Shown one piece after another: positions 26,729 through 38,700 of a DNA stretch of 64,000 bases. The stretch covers positions 2,209,568-2,273,567 of the forward strand of contig OZ251234.1 of the NCBI GenBank assembly GCA_965240325.2, read 5' to 3'. The notes beneath the pieces were generated by a model that was not told the DNA's origin, searched no databases, and worked only from the letters and a program-made list of their open reading frames with translations. The stretch is from Rebecca billardiae RCC1528 (taxonomy: Eukaryota > Protista > Haptophyta). The number at the start of each line of letters is the position of its first letter. Position 1 is the stretch's first letter. Both the position numbers and the translations under genes were made by a program.

Positions 26729-29700
26729 CGCCCTCGCTCCCGCCGCCCACGCCGCCGCCGCCCTCGCCGCCGCCGCCGAGCCCGCCGCCGCCGAGCCGCG
26801 TGAACACGACCAACTACCGCGCGGTCGTCGACGTGCCGCGCACGCTGCACCTGGGCGCGTGGTGGCTGCCCGCCGGCTCCGCGGCCAAGTGGGCGGCCGC
26901 GCCGGACGGCGGCGGCGGGCTCGAGGGCATCAACTGCTCGCTGCCCGCGGACGCGACGCTCGGCGGCGAGCAGCTCGTCGACGCCGAGGGCAACGTCACC
27001 TTCACGCTGGGCGTGGCCGCGTGGCGCCTCGGCTTCTGCTACTTTGCGCCGCCCGGCTCGGCCTCGCCCGGCGCGGGCGCGTGGACGCTCGAGAGCACGC
27101 TGCTGCTCGACGCGCTGGACGTGCTCACGCAGTCGAGGGCCGTCGCGGTCGCGGGCGTGCCCGCGCGCGTCGCGCTCGGCGGCGTGGGCGTGGGCACGGG
27201 CGACGCGGCCAAGTGGGTGGCCGCGGCCGAGCTCGCCGCCGCCGGCGGCTCGTGCGACGGCGCGCCGTCCGCGCACGACGGCGGCGGCGCGCTGCAGCTC
27301 GTGGGCGCGCGCGTCGAGCCCACCTTCCCCGCGACCGCGTCGGGGCTGGCGCTGTGCTACCGCTTCGCCGGCTTCGAGGCGTTCAAGCTGTACGCGCAGC
27401 TCACGCTCGACGTGTACGGGCTGGACGCCGGCCCGCTCGCCTTCTCCGTCGTCGCGGGCGCGTCCACGTCCGTGGCGCTCTCCGGCGCCGGGCTGGGCGC
27501 GGCCGACTCGCTCAAGTGGGTGCGGCCGGGCGCGACGAGCTGCGCGGACGCGCCGCGCGCCGCGTACGGCGGCGCGGTCGCCATGGGCGCGGGCGGCGCG
27601 AGCGCCGCGTTCACGCCGACGCTCGGCGCGCTCGGCCTGCAGCTGTGCTACAAGTTCGGCTCGCAGCCGCACGCGCTCTACCCCAACCACACGCTGGACG
27701 TGCTGCAGGCGCAGACGCCCGCGGCCACGGTCGCGGTCGCGGGCGTGGCCGAGCGCGTGGTGTTTGGAGGGACCGGGCTGGCGCCGGGCGACCTCGCGTT
27801 CTGGCTGCCGCCCGGCGCCGCGTCGTGCGACCCGACGCTCGGCGCGAGCGCGGTGCAGCCGCTCGACGCCGCGCTCGGCGCCTCGTTCACCGTCGCCGCG
27901 CCCGCGCGCGCGCACGCCCTCTGCTACGCGCACGGCGGCGGTGGCGGCGCGTACACGCGGTACGACTCAGTCGCGCTGCACGTGCACGCGGTGCTCTCGC
28001 CGAGCGGCACGCGCGCGGTGGCGGGCGTGGCCGAGGCGGTCGAGTTTGACGGCGTCGGCCTCGCGCCGGGTGACCGCTTCTTCTGGGCCGAGGCCGAGGC
28101 GGACTGCCTCGCGGGCGCCGCGCGCGCGGTCTACGGCGGCGCGCTCAACGTGAGCGTGCCGCGCACCTCGGCTGAGTTCACGCTGCTCGCGCCCGCGCCG
28201 GCCGGCGGCGTGCTCGGCCTGTGCTACGAGTTCGCGGGCGAGCCGTGGGCGTGGTACCCGGGCCTGGCGCTGCAGACGCTGCACGTGAGCGGCCCCGCGG
28301 CGAGCGCCGTGGTGGTCGACGTGGCCGAGACGATCGCCTTTGCCGGCACCGGCGTGGGCGCGGGCGACGCGGCCAAGTGGGTGGGCGCGGACGCGACGGA
28401 CTGCGCCGAGACGCCCGCGGGCTACGGCGGCGAGCAGGCCGTCTCGGCGGCGGGCGAGGCGAGCTTCACGCTGAGCGCCGCCGGGCTGGGCCTGCAGCTG
28501 TGCTACGCGTTCGCGGGCGAGCCGTTCCGGCTGTACGGCCCGGCGGAGGGCGTGGCGCGGCTGCTCGACGCGCGCGAGGTGCAGGGCCCCGCGGCCACGG
28601 TCGCGGTCGTCGGCGTCGCCGAGAGCGTCGGCTTCAGCGGCGTGGGGATCGGCGAGGGCGACACGGCGTACTGGGTCTCGTCGTCCGCGAGCTCGTGCGG
28701 CTCCGAGGCGCCGCTCGCCGCGTACGGCGGCGAGCAGGCCGTCTCGGCCGCGGGCGTGGCGAGCTTTGCGCTCGCGCAGACGAGCGTCGCCGACCCGAGC
28801 GGCCTGCGGCTGTGCTTTGCGTTTGCGGGCGAGCCGTACAAGCTGTACGCGGGCGTGGTGCTGCACGCGTACGACGTGGACGGCCCGGCGTTCACGCGCG
28901 TCGTCGCGGGCGTGGCCGAGGCCGTCGCCTTCTCCGGGTACGGCGTGGGCGGCGCGGGCGACACGGCCAAGTGGGTGGGCGCCGACGCGGCCGACTGCGG
29001 CAGCACGGTGAGCGGGTACGGCGGCGTACAGAACGTGTCGAGCGGCGGCGCGGCCACATTCGACGTGCAGACCCCCGACCTCGGGCTGCGGCTGTGCTAC
29101 GCGTTCGGTGGCGAGCCGTTCAAGCTGTACGCCGGCCTCACGCTCGACGCGCCCTCGGTGCTCGCGCCCAACCGCACCGTGTTTGTCGTGGGCGTGGCCG
29201 AGTCGGTCACGTTTGGCGGCGTCGGGCTGAGCGATGCCGACGAGGCGTTCTGGCGGCCGAGCCCGGCGGCGTGCGCGGCCGGGCCGGTCGCCTCGCTCGA
29301 CGGCGCGGTCGCCGTCTCCGCCGCGGGGCTCGCCACCTTTGCGTTCAGCGCGCCCGAGCTCGAGCTCGAGCTCTGCTACAGGCACGGCACCGAGCCGGCC
29401 GCGCGGTACGCCCGCCTCCGCGCGCGCGCTGCGCAGGTGCAGGGCCCGAGCGGCACGCGCGCGGTGGTGGGCGTGAACGAGACGATCCAGCTCGAGGGCG
29501 TCGGCCTCGCGCCGGGCGACGCCCTCTTCTGGGCCGAGGCCGAGGCGGACTGCCTCGCGGGCGCCGCGCGCGCGGTCTACGGCGGCGTGTCGGTGCTGGA
29601 CGCGCAGCTGCGCGCCAACGTGAGTCTGCTCGCGCCCGCGCCGGCCGGCGGCGTGCTCGGCCTGTGCTACGAGTTCGCGGGCGAGCCGTGGGCGTGGTAC

Positions 29701-32700
29701 CCGGGCCTGACGCTGCAGACGCTGCACGTGAGCGGCCCCGCGGCGAGCGCCGTGGTGGTCGACGTGGCCGAGACGATCGCCTTTGCCGGCACCGGCGTGG
29801 GCGCGGGCGACGCGGCCAAGTGGGTGGGCGCGGACGCGACGGACTGCGCCGAGACGCCCGCGGGCTACGGCGGCGAGCAGGCCGTCTCGGCGGCGGGCGA
29901 GGCGAGCTTCACGCTGAGCGCCGCCGGGCTGGGCCTGCAGCTGTGCTACGCGTTCGCGGGCGAGCCGTTCCGGCTGTACGGCCCGGCGGAGGGCGTGGCG
30001 CGGCTGCTCGACGCGCACGAGGTGCAGGGCCCCGCGGCCACGGTCGCGGTCGTCGGCGTCGCCGAGAGCGTCGGCTTCAGCGGCGTGGGGATCGGCGAGG
30101 GCGACACGGCGTACTGGGTCTCGTCGTCCGCGAGCTCGTGCGGCTCCGAGGCGCCGCTCGCCGCGTACGGCGGCGAGCAGGCCGTCTCGGCCGCGGGCGT
30201 GGCGAGCTTTGCGCTCGCGCAGACGAGCGTCGCCGACCCGAGCGGCCTGCGGCTGTGCTTTGCGTTTGCGGGCGAGCCGTACAAGCTGTACGCGGGCGTG
30301 GTGCTGCACGCGTACGACGTGGACGGCCCGGCGTTCACGCGCGTCGTCGCGGGCGTGGCCGAGGCCGTCACCTTCTCCGGCTACGGCGTGGGCGCGGGCG
30401 ACACGGCCAAGTGGGTGGGCGCCGACGCGGCCGACTGCGGCAGCACGGTGAGCGGGTACGGCGGCGTGCGCACCGTCGGCGCGGGCGGCGGCGCGACCGC
30501 CGCCTTCTCCACGCCGGGCGTGGGGCTGCGGCTGTGCTACCGCTTCGCGGGCGAGCCGTTCAAGCTGTACGCCGGCCTCACGCTCGACGCGCTGCGCGTC
30601 GCCACGCCGGCCTCGACGCTCGCCGTCGTGGGCGTGGCCGAGCCGGTCACGTTTGGCGGCGTCGGGCTGAGCGCGGGCGACGAGGCCTTCTGGGCGCCGT
30701 ACAACGGCACGGCGATCGACTGCGCGGAGGCGCCGGCGGCGGGCGACCCGTACGGCGGGCTGCAGACGCTCGACGCGGCGCTCACGGCGAGCTTCACCTT
30801 CAGCGCGGCGCACGCCGACCTGCGCCTGTGCTTCCGCCACCGCGACGAGCCGCGCGTGTACCGCGCGGCCGTGCGGCTGCTCGCGGCCGAGGTGCAGGGC
30901 CCCGCCTTCACCGTCGCGGTCGCGGGTGTGGCGGAGGCGGTGCCGCTGGCGGGCGTGGGGCTCGGCGCGAGCGACGCGGCGTACTGGGTCGCCGACGCGT
31001 CGGCGTGCGACGCCGCGGGCGCGGGCGCCGACGCGTCGCTCGGCGGCGCGTTCGCCGTCTCGGCGTCGGCCGTGGGGCGCTTCACGCCGAGCGCCACCGG
31101 CGCCGGCCTCTCGCTCTGCTACCGCTTCGCGGCCGAGGCGTGGCGGCACTACCCCGGCGTGACGCTCGACGTGTACGCGCTGAGCGCCTTCAGCGGCGGG
31201 CGGCGCGCCGTCGTGGGCGAGCGCAAGGCCCTCACCTTCTCCGGCTTTGGCGTCGCGCCGGGCGACGCCGCGTACTGGGTGCCCGCGGGCACGGGCGCGT
31301 GCGCGGCCGAGCCGCCGCTCGTGCAGTGGGGCGGGCTGAAGGCGCTGGGCGCGGGCCTCGGCGCGTCGTTCACCTTCTTGCCCGGCACGGGCGGCCTCGG
31401 GTACGCGCTGTGCTACCGCTTCCGCGCCGAGCCGTTCGCGCTGTACGCCAACCTGACGGTGGACGCGCTCGAGATCAGCGGTCCGTTTGTGGTGATCGCG
31501 GTCGTCACGTTCGAGGAGACGATCGCGTTCGAGGGCGTCGGGATGGGCGAGGGCGACGAGGCGTTCTTCCTCACGGCGGGGAGCACGGCGAGCTGCGCGC
31601 AGTCGACCGCGGCGAGCGGGCGCGCGAGCGGCGCGGCCAACGCGCTGGTGAGCGCTGCGGGCGAGGCCTCGTTCACCTTTGGCGCGGTCGCGACCGGCCA
31701 CCGGTTGTGTTACCGGTTTGGCGGCGCGTCCGAGGGCCTGCCCTGGCGCCAGTTCTCCGCGCTCACGCTCTCGGTGACGGTGCCGGACGACCCGTTCGCG
31801 CTCGCCGACTTCAGCGGGCTCGCGCCCGTCGCCGCGCCCATCGGCACCGCCTTCGGGTACACCAGCGTCACCGTGTTTGGCTCGGGCTTCGAGCTGGGCG
31901 CGCAGAGCAAGGCGGGCATCATCCACTGCGTGTTTGGCGAGGGTGCCGAGCAGCGGCTCGTGCTCGTCGACTCGATCTCGCCGACGGAGATCGTGTGCAC
32001 CGCGCCCACGCTCGACGCGCCGGCGGTGACCTCGCTCGCGCTCGTCGCGGACGAGACCGACGCGGACGGCGAGCCGCGCGAGCCCATCGCCATCACCAAC
32101 GTGTTCGCCTTCTTCGACATGGACGCCGTCTCCGTGCGCGCGCTCGCGCCGCCGGGCGCGCCCAAGGGCACGAGCGCCGTGCAGCTCGCGGTGATCGGCA
32201 CGAACTTCTCGGACTTTGGCGGGCTGACGTGCGCGTTCATCGGCGACAACTTCGCCGGCGGGCGCGTCGACGTCGGCGCCACGCTGCCCGACTCGGGCAC
32301 GTCCGAGCTGCTCTGCGCCGCGCCGTACATCTCGCCGACCGCGTCCGCGCAGCCGATCGCGGTCGAGGTGTCGCTCAACGGCCAGGCCTTCACCGACGAC
32401 GGCGTGCCGTTCACGCTGTACACGGCGCTGCTCGAGGCGGGCGAGCCGAAGGGCGCGCCGCTCGACGGCGGCGACGGCACGCGCCGGCGCGCGCTCGCCG
32501 GCGCCACCGCGATCACGCTGAGCGGCTCGGGCTTTGTCGACCTCGGGCCGGGCGCCGCGCTCTGCTTCTACGTGTCCGCGGCCGACGGCGGCTCCGTCTT
32601 CCAGGCGCCCGCCACGGTGCTCGACGCGGCGACGGCGGAGTGCGAGACGCCGGTGGGCGCGGGCGCGGGCGTGTACACCGTCTCGCTCTCGCTCAACGGC

Positions 32701-35700
32701 GGCGTGCACCTCGCGCCGCTCTTCTTCGACGAGGTCGTCTTCGAGCTGTACGACATCGCCGACGTGTCGGTCGCCAAGCTCGTGCCGCCCGGCGGGCCGG
32801 TGGCGGGCGGCACGCGCGTCACCGTGTTCGGCACGGGGTTCAAGGAGTACGGCGACGACGCGAGCGAGGCGACCAAGCTGTTGTGCTGCGTGCTCGACCG
32901 CTCGGGCGCGTGCTTCGCCAAGGCGACGCTCCTCGCCGACGAGGCCGGGCTCAACCGCGCGCTGTGCACCGTGCCCGCGCTGGGCGTGGCGGGCAACCAC
33001 ACGCTCGACGTCTCGCTCGCCGGCGGCAGCCTCGCGTCCACCACCGACGCGGGCGTGCGCTTCGTCGTGTACGACGAGCCGCGCGTGGACGCGGTCGCGC
33101 CGGCGGAGGGCAGCGCCGACGGCGGCACGCTCACGACGATCGTCGGGCAGGGCTTCGCCGCGCTCGCCGACGCCGACCTCGGGTACGGCGCGGACCCGGC
33201 GTCGTTCCTGCGCGTGCGGTACGGCCCGACGACCGCCGCGGCGCCGCTCTCGTTCAACGACACGCACATCGTGCAGCTGTCGAGCTGGGGCGCGGACGGG
33301 GCGGCGGCGGTGCGCGTGAGCCTCAACGGGCGGCAGTACGCGCCCGCCGCCGCGGCCGACGCCGCGACCTTCACCTTCGTCGGCCTGCACCCGCCCGCGA
33401 TCGTGGAGGCGCGCTTCAACGACGACGCGACCGCGCTGATCGTGCAGCTCGACGACCAGCCGACCGACCGCGGCGGCATGACGGGCTCGGGGCCGTGCTC
33501 GCAGGTGCTGGACAACGTGACGGTCGCGCGCATCCGCGGCGGCATCGCCGCCGAGCCCGCGTGCCACTGGTCCGACGACTCGACCATCGTCGCGCAGCTC
33601 AACTACCTGACCGAGCTCGCGCCGGGCGACAGCGTGGCTCTGCAGCGCGAGGCGATCAGGCCGCTGCTCTCGGCCGCGCCGTGCCCGACGCTCTGCGCGG
33701 ACGACTCGGCGCTGATCGACGCGGACTTCCCGTGCGAGGCCTGCGTGCAGCCCGCCGCCGCGCTCAACGGCCCGACGCAGGTCTCCGACTGCCCGGGCGA
33801 GTCGATCACGCTCGACGCCTCCGGCTCGGACGGCGGCGGCATCAAGGCGCTCACGTACCGCTGGGCGGTCGACCCGAGCCGCTCCGACTTTGCCGACGAG
33901 CTCAACGCGATCCTCGCGTCCGAGGCGGGCGACTCGGTCACGCTGAGCGACCTGCCCGGCGCGGCGGGCTCGCAGTACGTCTTCCTGCTGCGCGTCGCCT
34001 CCTTCCTCGGCCTCCAGTCCGCGCTCGCCGAGTGGACCGTCACCAAGGTCTCGGGCGCCGCGCCGGGGCTCTCGATCGACGGGCCGTTCACGCAGCTCGT
34101 GCAGCCGGCCAACGAGCTGCTGCTGCAGGGGCGCGCGACGATCGCGGGGTGCTGGCCCGACGGCGTGGACCCGACGGTGGCGTTCGCGTGGATGCACCTC
34201 GGCACGACCGACACGGCGAGCGGCGAGGCGCTCGCCCACGACCTCGGCCTGAGCGGGCTGGACAAGGTGGGGCTGATCGTGCCAGCGTTCAGCCTCACGC
34301 CCGGCCGCACGTACGCGCTGCGCCTCGACGCGACGATGGCGTCCGACGCGTCGGTGGCGTCGAGCGCGGAGGTGCGGCTGCGGGTGATCCAGATGCCGCT
34401 CGCGCCGGTCATCTCCGGCGCCGACCGGCGCGTCTCCTCGCTCGCCGAGCTCGTCGTCGACGGCTCGGCGAGCTACGACCCGAACGCGCCGCCGGGCGCG
34501 GACGCGCTGCTCGCGTACGCGTGGGGCGGCACCAACGGCACCGGCGCGCCCGTCGACTTTGGCGGGCTCGGCGTGGGCACGGACGGGGCGGTGCTGCGCG
34601 TGCCGCCGGAGGCGCTGGAGCCGGGCAACTACACGCTCACGCTCACCCTCTCCAAGCCCAACATGACCGCGCAGTCCGCGTCGATCGGCGTGGAGGTCGT
34701 GTTCGAGCGCGTGCCGATCATCTCGTTTGCGCCGCTGACCGCGACCAAGTACAACGTCGAGTGGGACCTGCCGTCCGAGCGGTTCGCGCTGCAGGCGACG
34801 CTGGACGAGGGCTCGCGCGCGGACGCGGCGGCGGGGCGGGTGCGCTTCGCCTACGCCTGGCGCGCCTTCGTCGACACGCCCGCCGGCTACGTCGACGCCG
34901 GGCTCGAGCTGTCGAACGCGGAGCGCGTGACGACGACCGGCGCGGCGACGCTCTCGCTCGCCTTCCGCTCGGGCACGCTACAGCCGGGCGCGCTGTACAG
35001 CTTCGAGCTCACGGTGAGCGGCGGGGCGCGCGACGCGTTCGCCTCCGTCACGATCCAGATGAACCGGCCGCCGTACGGCGGCGGCTTCTTCGTCACGCCC
35101 AAGTCGGGCGGGCGCGCGGTGAACGACGACTTCACGCTGCACGCGACCGGCTGGACGGACGACCGCGAGGACCTGCCGCTCTCGTACGGCTTCGAGTACC
35201 AGGAGGCGGGCACCGACGTGGTGGAGGTGCTGGAGGAGCTGGTCAAGGCGAGCACCCTGCGCGCCAAGCTGCCGCAGGGCACGCTCGCCATCGCCGTCCG
35301 CGTCTTCGACGTGCACGGCGCGTCGACGCGCGCGAGCAGCAGCGTGGTGGTCGAGGCCGCGCAGCTTGACTGCGCGGCCGTGCAGGCCGAGCTGGACGCG
35401 GCGTACCGGGACTCGGTGTCGGGCAACGGCGGGCGCGCGCTGCGCTCGCAGTCGGCGCTCGCCAAGACGGGCTCGTCGAGCGACTGCGCGACGAGCCGCG
35501 GCAGCTCGGCGCGCCGCCGCCTCCAGCGGCGGCTGCAGGCCGCGGAGGACGGCGGCGCGCCGAACGGCACCGCGGCCAACGGCACCAACGGCACCGCGCC
35601 CTTCGACTGCGCGGACGCGGAGGACGCGACGGAGGAGATGCTCTCGATCGTCGGCATCGTGGCGAACTCGACGGTGACCACCTCCACGCTGCGCCGCCAG

Positions 35701-38700
35701 CTCGCCGGCGTGCTCGCCGCCGTGCTCGGCGCGAACGCGTCGGCGCTCTCGGCGTGCGCGCAGCTCGCGGGCGTCGAGCTCGCGCTCGACGTGATCATCG
35801 AGACGACCGCCACCGGCGTCGACGCGTCGGCGGCGTCGTCGCTGTTCACGTCGATCGTGTCGGTGCTGCAGGGGAACACGACGGCGTTCGACAACGCCAC
35901 GCTCGCCTGGCTCAACGCCGCGGCGACCGAGGCCGTCGCGACGATGGGCTCGTCCTTCCTCGCGTTCTCGGTCGCGGACGAGGCGAGCTCGGAGCTGAGC
36001 GCGGACAACCTCAACATGAGCGCCGCGCGCAAGTCGGGCTCGTCGGTGGCGAACGCGTCGATCGCGGGGCCGGGCGGCGCGGGCGGCGTGCTCGTGCCCT
36101 CCACCGTCTTCGACGGCCAGCTCGCCAACGAGACCGCCGCCGTCGACGTCGTGCAGTACCTCTTCTCGCGGAACACGCAGGGCGACCCCGCCGAGCAGCC
36201 CGGGCTGGGCGCGCTCACGACCGGCGTCTACTCGATCACGCTCGCCTCGTCGAGCAGCGGCGCCGAGCTGGCGATCGGCGACCTCGCCGAGCCGATCATC
36301 GTGGCGATCCCGCTCACCAACGAGGACGACCGCGTGTACGGGCCGGCGGGCGACTGCTCCGAGTTCGCCGCGTGCAACGGCCGCGGCGCGTGCGTGCGCG
36401 CGGACGGCGCGCCCGCGCACGGCGCCAACGGCACCGCCGCCGCCGCCAACGGCACCGCCGCCGCCGCCAACGGCACGGCCGCGGGCGGCGGCGCGGCGGC
36501 GTGCTTCTGCGACGCGCCGTGGTACGGGCCGAGCTGCCTGCTGCAGGCGGTGTGCCACTACTGGGACGTCGCCGACGAGCGCTGGTCCACCGACGGCTGC
36601 GCGACCGTCGACACGCCCGCGGGCGGCGACAACGGCACGCTCTACTGCGCGTGCACGCACCTCACCGACTTTGGCGGCGTCAGCGTGCCCACCAGCCCGG
36701 AGGAGCTCGAGGCGGACGCGTCGCAGGTGACGTTCAACACGTTCGGCGCGGACGACGCCGCCGCCGTCTTCACCACGCCGCCCGACCAGCTGCTCGCGCA
36801 GAACCCGTCGATCTTCATCCTGATCGGCACGCTCAGCGGCGCGTGCCTGGCGGCCATTGCGCTCGGCTACTGGAAGGACGGCCGCGACGACAGGCGCGCC
36901 GCGGCGAAGAAGGCGGCGGCGGAGGCGGCGGCGGCGAAGGCGGCGGACGAGGTGGCGCAGGCCGAGACCCTCGCGCTCGCGCAGCTCTCGCGCGCCGACG
37001 CCGCCGCCGACGCGGTCGACGCGCGGCTCGAGGCGATGGACGCGGCGATGGTCGAGGCGCGGCGCAAGGCGGCGCGCGTGATGACCAAGCACGCGCGCGG
37101 CCGCACGGTGCGCAAGAAGACGCACGAGGCGGCGGCGGCGGAGGACCCGGAGGAGCAGGCGCGGCTGCTCGCGGAGGTGCGCCGGCTGAGCACCGCCACC
37201 GCCGCCACCGACGCCGCGCCCGCCGCCGAGCCCGCGGCGAGGAAGCAGCGGCGGCTGACGCGCGCGGTGCGCGCGCTCGTGGAGGCGCTCGAGTCCGACC
37301 ACACCGTCCTCGGGCTCTACTTCGGGCACGACCCGGAGATCAGGCGGCCGCAGCTGGTGATGATCCTGTTCACGCTGCTGATGCTCGAGGTGCTCGTCGA
37401 GTGCATCCTCTTCGCGCCCTCCTCCTCCTCCGCCGGCCCGATCAACCTGACCGTGATCGTGATCAACGCGCTCATCTGCGCGGGCATCGCCGCGCCCGCC
37501 ATCGTCCTCATGAAGGCGCTGTGGCACTGGGGCTACGAGAAGCCCGCGCCGATCGTCGCGCGGCTGGCGAAGCTCGCGAACGTCGCGGTGGCGCCGAGCG
37601 TGCGCACCAAGCGCCGCTCGATGCTCGCCGGCGCGAAGGACTTTGCGGGCGTGCGGCCGGGCAGCGGCGGCACCAGCCGCGCGCCCAGCCGGCCCACCAG
37701 CGCAGGCTCCGCGGGCTTCGGCTCCGCGGGCTCGAGCTTCGGCTCCGGCCGCAAGAGCGGCGCCAAGGCGCGGCCGGGGAGCGCGGCGGGCGGGCGCGCG
37801 AGCGTGGGCGGCGCGCCGCCCAGCTGGAGCAAGCGCGTCGACGAGTACATCGCGCGCCAGGCGGCCGCCGAGGACGAGGACGACGACTTTGGCACGAGCG
37901 GGCTCGTCGCGCCGCCCGCCTCGCCCGCCGTCTCGCAGCACGCGCGCGCGCGGCACGCGCCGCCGCCGCCGGGCGGGATCGCCGAGGGCGCGGCGGACGA
38001 CGAGCGGCCCGCCTCGCCGCCGCCCTCGCCGCCGCGCCCCGGCCGCCCCTTCCGCCGCGGCCGGCTGGAGCAGAGCACCGTGCACATGGCGGGCGCGGAC
38101 GCGGCCGCGGCGGGCGGCGCGCGCCGGCCGGCGGCGCGCTCGGCGCGCGCGCGCCGCGCCGAGGTCGCGGCGGTGCACGCGGAGGAGGGCGCGGCGGAGG
38201 AGGAGCAGGGCGACGGGCGCGGGAGCGGCTCGGTCCTCTCGCGCCGCGCGCGCGCCGCGCTCGTCGCGATCCACGCGGAGCAGGCGGAGGAGGCGGCGGA
38301 GGCGGACGCGGCCGAGGCGGCGGCGGACGCGGCCGCGCTCGCGGCCACGCCGCCGCGCGCCGTGCGCTCGCCGAGCGGCAGCCCGGTGCTGCGCGGGCGC
38401 GCGCACCGTGCGGGCGGCGGCGCCTCGCCGCAGTCCGCCGTGCGCGTGCACCGCGAGTCGCCGCTCATCCGCTCGCGCCGCGGCAAGATGTCGCCGTCGC
38501 CGCCGCTCGAGCCTCGGGCGGGCGGCGGCGCGCCGCGGATGCCGCCGCTGGCGCTGGGCGAGATGGCGGCCGGCACGGGCGCGCGCGGCGCGTCGCCGCG
38601 CCCCGGCTCGGCGGGCTCGGCGGGCTCCGCCCAGCTCTCGCGCCCGGGCTCGGGCCGCTCCCGCCTGATGCTCGCGAGCGTGCCGCAGCTGCCGGGCACG

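Noticed and set aside
15690-26813. Huge Gly-rich, Arg-rich and Ala-rich ORFs in other frames and on the other strand
   Set aside because: These are shadows of the CCG/AGC Pro-Ser array, which lacks stop codons in most frames. Only the Pro frame links a signal peptide to folded domains.
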